Below, piece by piece: positions 12,768 to 24,261 of a stretch of DNA of 64,000 bases. The stretch is taken from positions 124,808,001-124,872,000 of the forward strand of contig NC_058368.1 of assembly GCF_018350175.1 (NCBI RefSeq), given 5' to 3'. This DNA comes from Felis catus (Eukaryota). The stretch's first letter is position 1, and every line of letters starts with the position of its first letter. The position numbers and the translations under genes are program-made. Under the pieces are notes generated by a model that was not told where the DNA came from, made no database searches, and was given only the letters and a program-made list of their open reading frames with translations.

Positions 12768-13749
12768 AAAATGATGTTCAAATGTCATTCATTTTATTTA
12801 CTTTAGTGTAATTTGAAAGATGTTGTGCTCATCTGTAGATAAAATAGCACAATCCAAGAAAACTAAGGATGGTAAGATCCAAAATTAAAGCTATAGTCAT
12901 TAGGCACAAATCAGTGAATTGCTAAGACAAGTTTTCCTTTACTGCATAATAATTCATTATTTCATTAAGGATAAAAAATAACATTAATGTTACAGGAATG
13001 TATCACATAGATGTTTCCAAGGGTTGGTGTCTCTGTACTCTTCTAATTATAAGCTGTTACAGATGCGTTTCTGGGGTATCTACAGGGTGAATTTACTCTA
13101 CCTTGCCTTGCCTTTCAGTCTTTATATAATTGCAAGTGTAGGCTACTTATGAGTTTTTGGCTCATCTATAATGGAGAGATTCTCTTCCATGACTTTTCCC
13201 TAAGGAACTATATTTATATTGCACATGGTATTTTACCCAATCTCTAAGGATAAGGATGAACTTGGCAAGCATCCTTGCTCAAATCATTCCTCACTCTTGC
13301 AAATGGCTGGCATGAGTCCACACTATTTCCCTCACATTCCAACGCATGTTGTCCCAAGACATCTTTTCATGTACCATGTAGGAAAAAAGCTCCACAACAA
13401 AAAAGAAGAGAAACCCAAGGAATCTAATAATCTCCAAAGTTCTGTGGAAATAATGAACCAAAGATACTAGATACTTATTTCTAGATACTTCTAGAAATAA
13501 ATCTGGGTGTGAGTTGGCAAGAGACTTTAAAAAAGAATACAGACTGTCTTTCCAGGGCCCGTGTCAAGGGAGAGGGGAAAAAGTCTCATTTCTTGTACAA
13601 GCCTTTTGAGGAAGCATCTGACAGGGTAGTTCTCCTTTAAACACTCTGTTGTGGTCTATGAGAGGAAAAGCCACCATTTCCCTCCCTTCTCTTCTGTCCT
13701 CCTTAATTCTGTCTCTTAGAAGTACTGATTATGCGAATCACCCTGCAAG

Positions 13750-14125
13750 TACCCACTTGTTCAAATGCCTAGGTCAGGCTGTCATTATTTCTCCTCCATT
13801 TCTGGAATGGCCTCCTAATTCATCTGCTTACCTTTGGCATCTCCTCCCTCTATCCTTCCCACTGCCATCAGAGCAAATTTAGTAAAGCACAGATCTGGTC
13901 CCATCCCTCACCTGACTAAAAAGTCTTGGAGACTCTCAGCCTCCCTTTCTCTCCCTGGTAATTCACTGCCCCTTGTACTCTAGGCCTTGCTCTTCTTCAC
14001 CATGCCTGTGTACCTGCTGGCATCTACAAATGGAAAAGCTTTCCCTTCTCTCTTGCATGACTTCTATTTTTCCTTCATGATTAAGCTGTCCTCTCTCAAA
14101 CATTTAGCAAGGATATTTCAATTAT
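13750..14125 (+). mobile_element. L2 LINE fragment
   Basis: aatggcctcctaatt...cactgccatcagagc...aaagcacagatctg matches the L2 3' region and appears to resume after the L1 near 14860. Confidence 0.55.
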
Positions 14126-14130
14126 TTGGC

Positions 14131-14854
14131 TTTTTTTGAATATGAAATTTATTGTCAAATTGGTTTCCATACAACACCCGGTGCTCATCCCAAAAGGTGC
14201 CCTCCTCAATACCCATCACCTACCCACCCCTCCCTCCCACCCCCCATCAACCCTCAGTTTATTCTCAGTTTTTAAGAGTCTCTTATGCTTTGGCTCTCTC
14301 CCTAACTCTTTTTTTCCTTCGCCTCCCCCATGGTCTTCTGTTAAGTTTCTCAGGATCCACATAAGAGTGAAAACATATGGTATCTGTCTTTCTCTGTATG
14401 GCTTATTTCACTTAGCATAACACTCTCCAGTTCCATCCATGTTGCTACAAAGGGCCATATTTCATTCTTTCTCATTGCCAAGTAGTATTCCATTGTGTAT
14501 ATAAACCACAATTTCTTTATCCAGTCATCAGTTGATGGACATTTAGGCTCTTTCCATAATTTGGCTATTGTTGAAAGTGCTGCTATAAACATTGGGGTAC
14601 AAGTGTCCCTATGCATCAGCATGCCTGTATCCCTTGGGTAAATTCCTAGCAGTGCTATTTTTGGGTCATAGGGTAGATCTATTCTTAATTTTTTGAGGAA
14701 CCTCCACCCTGTTTTCCAGAGTGGCTGCACCAGTTTGCATTCCCACCAACAGTGCAAGAGGGTTCCCATTTCTCCACATCCTCACCAGCATCTATAGTCT
14801 CCAGATTTGTTCATTTTAGCCACTCTGACTGGCGTCAGGTGGTATCTCAGTGTG
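14131..14854 (-). mobile_element. Felid-type LINE-1 3' fragment (~0.72 kb)
   Basis: 139-aa ORF2 C-terminus ([13 protein letters not shown]...HMFSLLCGS) plus a 3'UTR nearly identical to 9720-9940. No clean TSD seen. Confidence 0.95.
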
Positions 14855-15500
14855 TGTGTGTTTTTTTTAACTCCTCACAGGCCCCACTAACACTTAGAGA
14901 ATAAGAACTAGGTCTTCACTCTCTTTAATATATCTTTAATATACCATAGTGGGGAGCATTAACTCCACTACACACCCAGTCAGCCTTGCCTTGGAAAAAA
15001 AATAAAAACCCGAAGAAGAAAGCTGAAAGATGTTGTAACAGGTGCTTGAGATGCACCTCCAGCAGCAACATCAAGACCTGTCAACCAAAGTGGTAGCAGA
15101 AATTAGGTGGGCTCAGGGGATGCAGCTTAGGGCACAAAATGTGTCTGCTATAGGCTCACAGATTTGAATAACCCTGGGAATTCAGAGTAGGGAAGCACCT
15201 CAGAGGCCCTTTGGTCCAACTTCCCACTCAATGCAAGGATGCTTTTACAGATCACTGACAGATCCCCCACCCACCCACCCCTTGACATGGGCAAATGATA
15301 TCACTACATAGTTCGCTGCTTGGCATTTCTGTCAAAGATAAATTGATCTGATTTTAATATTATTTAAACTTAAATAATATTATCAAGTGCTTATTATATG
15401 CCAAGTACTATATTAAGAGCTCAGCACATACCATTCAATCTTCGTAAGTGATTTATACGGTAAATACAATCATCATCACCTCCAGTTTCTAGGTAAAGAC

Positions 15501-15967
15501 TATAGCAAATGCTGCCAGTTCCCTGACCTTCCGCCTCCCCCCCCACCAATGCCCCTTAGGTCCCCCATATTAGTGCATGCTGGCAGGACTCTCCAATGCC
15601 TGTACCTGCTTCTCTGGGCCAGAGACCATTCTCTGGTACCAGAGCACACCTTTCTGCAGTACAGTTAGCCAGAAGAGCCAGAGAATTAATACTCCTTAGA
15701 AACATACCTCTACCAATGACTGAGAGAGCTTCCCCTCAAGTAGGTTGGATCTGTGGTATATGGCCTACACTAAGTGCCAGAGGTCCCCAGTGAGGTGGAG
15801 CTTCCACTGCCCACAATTATAACACGCTTGATAACTCACACTTTATTGGCTGCTCCTTCATCAGCTCACTTCCTCCCTCCCCACTAATGTTTCCTGGCAT
15901 CACCTCCCAATATCTGCACTTAAAACCTGGTCTCTGGATTTCTGTCTAGAGAAAACTAACAAAGACA
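15501..15967 (+). mobile_element. ERVL solo LTR (LTR16-like)
   Basis: ccagaggtccccagtg...tgcccaca...ctttattggctgct...cacctcccaa...aaagaca matches my recollection of LTR16. Confidence 0.65.
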
Positions 15968-16909
15968 AGGAAGCAAAGGCACAGAAATACAGAGACATAC
16001 CCAGGGTGGTATCTCCACCCCAGAGCCCATATTTATCTCCACTACCCTGTAGTATATCCTTATCCAGCTTTCCCACTAGAGTAAGAAATACCATCTTCTC
16101 CTTCCTCTACACACAAATACATGAAGACAGCCAAAGCATCTCCTACTCCTTCTACCATGATGGTTTCCATACCCATCACCCCCTCTTGAGGAACTCTATC
16201 TAGCTTCTAATTTTCCACTTAAAACTAAACATATGAAATTGTTCTGCTTTAAACCTTTCATAATTCCATCCATCTGTTTCTTAATCTTGTGTCATTATAC
16301 AAGCAGAGAATTCAGAATACAGTATGCTAAGCTATTCAATTTTAACCCTATTTTAATGAAAAAAATTCCTAGAATTATTTCTCTGTTCAAAATAGCATCC
16401 ATACACAAAATTAAAAATTTTATTGAATTGGTTACAATGAATCTTATTAAATATTACAATATAAGTAATAATTGTTAGTAAGTGCTTATTAATTTAGCAA
16501 AATATAAATATTAAACATCCACTATGTATTCATTAACAAAATAACAAACTCTAATAGACTCGTCTTACATCCCTCAATTACACCCTCATCCAGAGTATCT
16601 CTAACATACTTCTTTCTCTAGAATCTTCTATGTCAGCTATAAAATAAAACTTCAAGGATCATAAATTGTCTAAAGAAAACATTCCCAGAAGTAAGTCACT
16701 CCACAATGAGATATGCAAAACATATTGTTGATGAGTTTAAGGTTCTTGATTGGTGTATACAATCAATTGGGGTACAACATATCCAAAGTAAAATGACTGA
16801 TAACCTCAGGAACTGCAACTTATTATAAATAGATTATGAAATGAAACTTTCTAAAATTTTAGGGCAAGAGGCATCTTAGAGAACAATTCATCTTTCAATT
16901 TCATCTTTT

Positions 16910-17107
16910 TTTAATGTTTATTATGTTTCTATTTTTGAGAGAAAAAAAGCAAAACCAGGGGAGGGGCAGAGAGAGGGACACAGAGGACCCAACGCAGGCT
17001 CTGCATTGACAGTTCAAGTGGGGCTTGAACTCAAAAATCATGATATCATGACCTGAACTGAAATCAAGAGTTGAACACTTAACCAACTGAGCCACCCAGG
17101 TGTCCCC
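16910..17107 (-). mobile_element. CanSINE
   Basis: Reverse SINE ending ...gagccacccaggtgtcccc. TSD atctttcaatttcatctttt at 16890-16909 and 17108-17127. Confidence 0.93.
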
Positions 17108-19469
17108 ATCTTTCAATTTCATCTTTTGCATAAAACTTTATAACTAAGCAGCGATATAATGAGAAATACAGCCAGGTGTCCTAACTCTCAGTTCAGAGCT
17201 TAGCTGGTTTACCATAATCTGTAACATATTCTGAATAATTCACATTCCACCCCAATCACAATAAAGTATCCTTCTACATTGAGTCACTGGTTCATCCCCA
17301 TGATAAACAACACCTGGTTTGAAACAGATAAGTGAAACTAATCAAATTTATGTCTCAGGATTTTAGAATTAGGATAATGGGAGACTAAGTCAGGGAAGAG
17401 TACTTGAACTGAGAGGTCATGCTAAATAGTACAAAATTAACATCGGGTGCCACGTTAGGTATATGCAATAACATAATGTAAATCACCACAGAACCCCCAA
17501 GAGAGAGTAGCCTGAGTCTCACTCTCCCAGAACAGTTCTTCTAAGGCCTGGCAGTATTTAAGGCCTCATGAAGCTTATTTATATTTTTAAGCAATAACCC
17601 TCAACCAATCCACTTGAATTACTTTAAGTAGATTTCTCTTCCCTATAACCAAAGTGTCTAGGGAGAAGACTCTTGCCTCTTCTTGTTATTAACTAAGCAA
17701 CTATAAAAAGAAAATGGGTGTTGAATAATGGGATAATAAAAATAGCCATTGGAATCAGCATGAAGAACTGGAATAAAGCAGGAGAACAAGTTTAGTCAAA
17801 TGCCAGCTGTGGTTAAAGAATGTCATTGTATGGGGAAAAGAGGCTAAGATCCCCCTCTCTAACTTCTTAAGCCAATTTAGGAGCAGTCCCTTGATATTAT
17901 AAATGTATGGGTTTTGAATCATAAGTTTCCTGTCCCCTCTCCTATTTTGGACTTGCCATGGTGGATCTAGACCAGAGAAACAAAGGAACCTAATTTTGGA
18001 ACATGAAAGGGCATATTCCCTTTCCCACAAGCTACTCTTCTGATCACAAACTTACAGTCCTTCTGAGCTCTCTGCTACTTCTACCTTTTGGGGATAGGTC
18101 AAAACCTTAATTCAATAGGGACTCTTCCAATTTACTACTGGTTTTATTGGTTTCCTATAGACCCAAGACAATCACTATACCTAAATCAACAAAACATTTT
18201 CAAAGGACTTCTCCCAATAGCATTAAACACAATTGTATTACCATTATTTTCAACCAGCAGCCATTCTCTTAACTCTTTGTTGACAGAACCCTGATTATCC
18301 ATTTCTCAGGAAAAGTGACCCTATCCTCAGCTCATTAGCTCAGAAGAAAATCCAGATTAATTTAGGATAATCATGACAACGTCATTCCCTTTGTCAATGA
18401 TTGGTAGAGGCATGAGCATGTGACATAAATCTAGCCAATGCCATCATGGTAGCTAATCACTGAAAGCTAACCACGTACCATGTTCTAAGGATTTTACAAG
18501 AACTCATCCTTTTTTTCCTTCACTACAACTCTGCAAGGTACAATCAATGTTGTCCCTACATCATGTCTTCTTAAAGTATAAGATAATTCGTCTGTTTCAT
18601 GCTTTAAGTCATTTTGATTTGGATTTTCTACAAACATCTGAACTACAAACTGTCACTACAAACATCTGAACCAATACTCCAATTAATCTGTCCTCTTCTC
18701 TTTAGAACCACATTTGAGCATGAATGCAAAGACAGCAAAAGAGTATATAACTGCCATACATACTATTGCAGTTCTTCCCTTCCTAGTTCCTGTGAGTTTT
18801 TCTTATCCTTTACTATGAATTAAAAAAAGGAAGCAGAAGGGGAAACTCCTCATTCTCATCTATTAGGTTTATTATTAAAATACCTTACTATAATCTTGTT
18901 TGATTCATGAAAAATCAACCTTGTAAATAAGTGTAACAAATGAAAATAAGTTTTCAGTATAAGCCCTATCAGAAAGATGGATAAATAGTCTTTTCCAAGC
19001 CTGTATAATTTCACTTAGGACTATTATTTGCTGAAGCAATCTTAGATCCTCCATTTCTTATCCCAGGACTTGCGACTGCATGGTTATCAAATTAAATCCA
19101 ATCTTTAGTTCTATCATAATTTATATTTATATGATTTTAACTTTTGGACCATTTGAAATTATTGCTCACTATTCAAACATGCTTCCTGGTACCCTGGTTT
19201 TATGCCTACATAGTTTTGGAAATGTAGGGAAAATTTTTTAATTCCCTTAGTAAACATTTGAAATAGCCATTACATACGCTCTTGGCCATTACAGTTTTAA
19301 TATTATATTAAATTACTATTCAGGTATTTTCTTAGTGCTCTCTGGCCAAAAATAAAGCAAATTAATTTAACAATTTTACATATTATTATAAATAATTCAG
19401 TTATAGTGAGGTAGTTTAAAACAGTTGCAGAACCAGATGTCAATATGTAAATGCTACCACTGTAATTTA

Positions 19470-19630
19470 TCATCTTTGTAACATTGGGCAAGTTAGCATT
19501 TGTGCCTCCGTTTCCTCACATGTAAAATAGGGATAATACTAATAACTATCTTTTACAGCTATTGTGAGGATTAAATAAACCAATACATATGAAGCACCTG
19601 AAAAGATCTCAGGACTCAGTAAGAAGTCTG
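19470..19630 (+). mobile_element. MIR fragment
   Basis: ttgggcaagttag...gtgcctccgtttcctcacatgtaaaatagggataat...ttgtgaggattaaat. Confidence 0.75.
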
Positions 19631-19775
19631 AATATTATTATTCTTATTGTTATTACCAAGGTTAGCTGGTAATTAACTTGATTAACAGTGGCTTAGACCA
19701 TGAGAACATATGTTGCTTACTTAATACAACATTTGTTGGCCCTAGGGTTGGTTCATAGCTCAAAGATGTCATAAA

Positions 19776-19968
19776 GGTCGAGCCTGGGTGGTTCAGTCAG
19801 TTAACCATATGACTTTGGCTCAGGCCAAGATCTCACGGTTTGTGAATTCAAGCCCCATATTGGGCTCTGCACTGATACTGCAGAGCCTACTTGGGATTCT
19901 CTCTCTCTCTCCCTCTCTCTCTGCCCCTCCCCCACTCCTCTCTCTATCTCAAAATAAAGCAAGCTTAA
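19776..19968 (+). mobile_element. CanSINE (oldest of nested trio)
   Basis: Diverged head and CT tract. Outer TSD tcaaagatgtcataaa at 19760-19775 and 20435-20450. Confidence 0.92.
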
Positions 19969-19984
19969 AAAAATTAAAATCAAA

Positions 19985-20174
19985 GGGGCACCTGGGTGGC
20001 TCAGTCGGTAGAGCGTCCAATTTCAGCTCAGGTCATGAACTTGTGGTTCGTGAGTTTGAGCCCCACATCTGGCTCTGTGCTGACAGGTCAGAGCCTGGAA
20101 CCTGCCTCAGATTCTGTGTCTCCCTCTCCCTCTGCTCCTCCCCCACTCACACTCTGTCTCTCTGTCTCTCAAAA
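19985..20174 (+). mobile_element. CanSINE (middle of nested trio)
   Basis: ggggcacctgggtggctcagtcgg. TSD aaaaattaaaatcaaa at 19969-19984 and 20424-20439. Confidence 0.93.
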
Positions 20175-20188
20175 ATATATAAAGATTT

Positions 20189-20404
20189 GGGGCGCCTGGG
20201 TGGCGCAGTCGGTTAAGCGTCCGACTTCAGCCAGGTCACGATCTCGCGGTCTGTGAGTTCGAGCCCCGCGTCAGGCTCTGGGCTGATGGCTCAGAGCCTG
20301 GAGCCTGTTTCCGATTCTGTGTCTCCCTCTCTCTCTGCCCCTCCCCCGTTCATGCTCTGTCTCTCTCTGTCCCAAAAATAAATAAACGTTGAAAAAATAT
20401 ACAT
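20189..20404 (+). mobile_element. Young felid CanSINE (innermost of nested trio)
   Basis: CpG-intact head. TSD atatataaagattt at 20175-20188 and 20405-20418. Confidence 0.96.
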
Positions 20405-20790
20405 ATATATAAAGATTTAAAACAAAAATTAAAATCAAAGATGTCATAAAAGACTCAGGCTCCTCCCACCCTCTGCTTTGCCATTCCCATTGTATTGGCA
20501 AAGTTTCTCATGAGTTACAGGATGGCCACTCAACTACAAGTTCTTCTGACAACAGTAAGGTAAGGGGATGAGGGCAAAACTAAAAAGGGATGGGGGGGAA
20601 GACCTTTCTTTGGATAAATATTCATCTTTTCAGAAGAAAAATATTTCCCAGAAATGGTCAAGAAATATCTTACGTCTTAATGTCCAGAACTGGATCACAT
20701 GACCACTTCTAGACCAATCACTGAGAAAGAACAGAATTACTATGATTGACTTAGACCAAGCATGAGCCATTTTCTGAGGATGGGACTTTA

Positions 20791-21006
20791 TTTTTTTTTT
20801 CAACGTTTATTTATTTTTTGGGGGACAGAGAGAGACAGAGCATGAACGGGCGAGGGGCAGAGAGAGAGGGAGACACAGAATCGGAAACAGGCTCCAGGCT
20901 CTGAGCCATCAGCCCAGAGCACGACGCGGGGCTCGAACTCCTGGACCGCGAGATCGTGACCTGGCTGAAGTCGGACGCTTAACCGACTGCGCCACCCAGG
21001 CGCCCC
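20791..21006 (-). mobile_element. Young felid CanSINE
   Basis: Reverse copy with CpGs intact. TSD gagg(a/c)tgggacttta at 20776-20790 and 21007-21021. Confidence 0.96.
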
Positions 21007-21173
21007 GAGGCTGGGACTTTAGTTGCATGAACAAAACCAGGTTTCTATCCCCAAGGAAAAGAAGAGAAGAGTCACTTGGGTATGCAAACAATACTATGTG
21101 TCATCAACAAGCATTCATTTTTTGCCTACAATATGCTCAACTAGTGCTCCCAATAAAACTATAGGAACCATCA

Positions 21174-21283
21174 GAGGGTGCCTGGGTGGCTTAGTCAGTT
21201 AAGCATCTGACTTTCGATCTCAGTTCAGGTCTTGATCTCAGTGTCTTGAATTCAACCCCTGTGTTGGGCTCCATGCTGGGTGT
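21174..21283 (+). mobile_element. Short CanSINE (older subtype)
   Basis: gggtgcctgggtggcttagtcagttaagcatctgact...gggctccatgctgggtgtg. Confidence 0.85.
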
Positions 21284-21402
21284 GAAGGAAGGAAGGAAGG
21301 AAGGAAGGAAGGAAGGAAGGAAGGAAGGAAGGAAGGAAGGAAGGAAGGAAGGAAGGAAGGAAGGAAGGAAGGAAGGAAGGAAGGAAGGAAGGAAGGGAGG
21401 AA

Positions 21403-21478
<76 letters not shown>
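21284..21478. repeat. Compound tetranucleotide microsatellite (GGAA)n then (GAAA)n
   Basis: Directly visible. Explains the low-complexity ORFs at 21191-21608. Confidence 0.97.
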
Positions 21479-21479
<1 letters not shown>

Positions 21480-24070
21480 CTATCAAAAGAACAAATGATA
21501 TTTTCTTTGCCCTTGAAGTCCTGTTTACTTGGCATCTTTAGAGTGAAGGCTACTTCTGTTAGGCCCTGCCAAGTAACTAAACCAGAGGCTTTAAGGCCTC
21601 CTTCCTGATCTACTCACTCTAAGTGTCTTCACCTATTCTCTTCAAATACGTTTGATCTTCCTTTTCTTGGTCACATCCTTGTGTTGCATCTCAAAGTGTT
21701 TCATGCTGTGCATTGTCCATTTTCAAGTAGTGACAACTGAAGGACTGCACAAAGAGTAATTCAAAGTTCCATGATTAGAATCTCTGAGCACCCCAGACAC
21801 CCAGGGGCAGATTCCATTTCTCTCTCTTTTTTTTTTCTGTATTGAGGGGTTACTGTGAGACAGGCACTTTCATAAAATTTTTTCCACTTATTCTCACCAA
21901 AAAATCCATGAGATATAGGATTCAGATACAAGAAAAAGAGGTAAAGACAGAACAGGTGGTTTGTACAAAACCAGTGGCTACAAACAGGAAAAATAACTAA
22001 CCTTTTGAACAATGTCCTAAATGCTACATGTGAATTCATTCCTTTAATTCTCTTAACCAGGTAAGCATTCACTCACAAAAAATACTTTCCAAATATTCTC
22101 TACCTGCCATTCTGTAAGTAAGAAATCTGCAGTTTCAAAAGCTAAGTAACTTCAAGTTTACGCAGGTGAAAGTAACAAGTATTAGTTAAAGCCAGATCTA
22201 ATTCTAAAAGCTTTGTGTTGAAGCCTTACCCACCCTCATACTTCAGGAATTTGAACCCAGGCCTCCTAACTCCTGGGCCCATTCCATAATTGCTAAATTA
22301 TACATGGAATATTCTGATGTTTTATTCTATCTGCTGTTCTATGAGATGTTCTCTAAATAGTTCATGATTGGCCTAGCTGCAAAATGAAGTTGGGAATCTC
22401 TCAGAAAATATTTAGGAAATTAGCATTTCCCCTTTTTGCTTTTGAAAGTATAGAGGCAAAGCTAGCTGGTCTCTGTTGAGCTTAAATAAAGAGGCTCCTG
22501 GGGAGGTAAATTATCAATATTTATCACATTTCTGCACTGTCATTAAGCCACAAATTAAACATTAACACTTAAATTAAGCAAAATCATGATGTTGCCTATT
22601 TTACCTTGTCTAAATTTTGTTAGCTGGTCTGTGTTTTAAAAACAATATGGCCAATGGCTCTGCTGTAAAACATTAAAGCCTTTTATTCCCCCTGTCAGCC
22701 CCAGATTAAAGCTTGCCAGAAAAGAGATTTCACAATTGGTAACTGCTCCAACTTTGCCACTAATGGAAGCCTTCTGTCCCTCTCTAGTGTAAATTTATTC
22801 AGGTAGCTTCCTAGTCAGAAATCACCTGGGGCTCTATCTGTAGAAATAAGCAGTTCAAAAGACTTTTCCTGGCCTGTTTCTAGACTTATAAGAAATGGGA
22901 AGTGTAGACATTTCTTTCTTTTGTTCATTCTATTTGTTTGCTTTTGTTATTTTGCTTTTGGTACTTAGGTTTGAAACATGACACAGGTCAAAGTATTACC
23001 AAATCCTTTCTCTAAATGCATTTATTTTCATTAAGGATTGAAGTTTCAGAAGGTGAAATCTGACATCTAAACTCTGACACTAACTCCATAGCTCTACAGA
23101 GCTGGTCCCCAGTAGCTGGAAAATCATGTTTTAGGGAAACATGTGTGTGCTGATCAACACAAGTATATAAACAATCCAAGTTAAAACAAGATGGATATGA
23201 CAATCCCAGTGACCATGATATTTTGGAAGGTCCAAAGGACTATGTAAGATAAATGACTAAGGAAAACAATGTATTAAAGTGATATTTACAGTTTTCTTTC
23301 ATGGGGATACAAAACACACACACACACACCCTAGAGTATCATTTATGGAGTCCATGTACATGGGACAGAAAGCATGATGTAAACTCTGAAGGCCTTTCAT
23401 GAAATGAACATTTCATGAGTCCCAATTTTCTAATTTTCTAATTTTCTAATTCTGAGTCCCAATTTTCTCCTTGTGAAAGAAGTTTTTGATGAAGAATTAT
23501 CTCTAAAACTAGCTTATTCATCTTGCTTCCCATGCTCTTTACAAATTCATCTATTATAGAGCTAGTTACATCCCATTGCTAATTAGCAGGGACGTTTTCT
23601 TTCCGTCTCCTACCACCAGACATGACGGTATTATGTCCTGGACCAGGTATTAACCTGGATACTGGCCCAGGACATGGTGAAAATGTAGTAAATATTCATT
23701 AAAGCGAGATAGGGGTCTCTCTACAGATCTATTCATTTCAAAGCCTCCAAGCAAATTTTGAATGCTATTGCTGTAACAAAGTTTTCAGAGTCATCACTAT
23801 TCTAGAAATTCCCAGGAAGCAATCCGCCAACCATTACTAAAAACTATTTCAATAATAATTAGGATAAGACCCTTGGGGACTTATCTAACATTTGTTGAAT
23901 ACAATGATAAGATGTGTATAATCTTGTTTTAGTGAGATGATAAATCAGCGAATTAATTTTTAAGTGATTTTTTCTATGGGATTACGGCAACCCATTCCAA
24001 CCCCTTCCCAGTTGTTCCTCATATATTTCTTCCCCCATCAAAACTACATGGATCCCAAGCACCACTAAAT

Positions 24071-24261
24071 CATCATTTCTCAAAATTCATTCTATGGACC
24101 CCTGAATCTGGACTAACCAGAGGGTTTGTCATAAATACAACTTCCTGGGCCTTCCTCCAGCCCTGCTGAAGTAAGACTCCAAAGGCGGAGCCCCTGAAGC
24201 TGCATGTTTCATAAACCCCACAGGCAGTTCTTACACATACTCAAGTACAAGAACCACCACT
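24071..24261. mobile_element. MER5-type hAT-Charlie MITE
   Basis: tttctcaaa...ttcctgggcc...ctgcatgttt...tcaagtacaagaaccac with degenerate terminal inverted ends. Confidence 0.6.

Larger units (their letters stand above)
19660..21110 (-). mobile_element. MaLR LTR (MLT1K-like) split by four CanSINE insertions
   Basis: Sequence joins across the SINEs: ctcaaagatgtcataaa|agactcaggctcc...ccagaactggatcacatgaccacttctagaccaatcactg...aacaaaaccagg. Confidence 0.6.

Noticed and set aside
12542..12781. Recurring peptide FNVYLFLG.RETEHERGRGRERGRHR in several ORFs
   Set aside because: Antisense translation of CanSINE copies, not a gene family.
14100..14870. TSD or target-site deletion for the 14131-14854 L1
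   Set aside because: Flanks are T-rich or TG low-complexity, so I cannot distinguish a decayed TSD from none.
21191..21608. ORFs with (SFFL)n, (PSFL)n and (KEGR)n repeats
   Set aside because: Translations of the GGAA/GAAA microsatellite.
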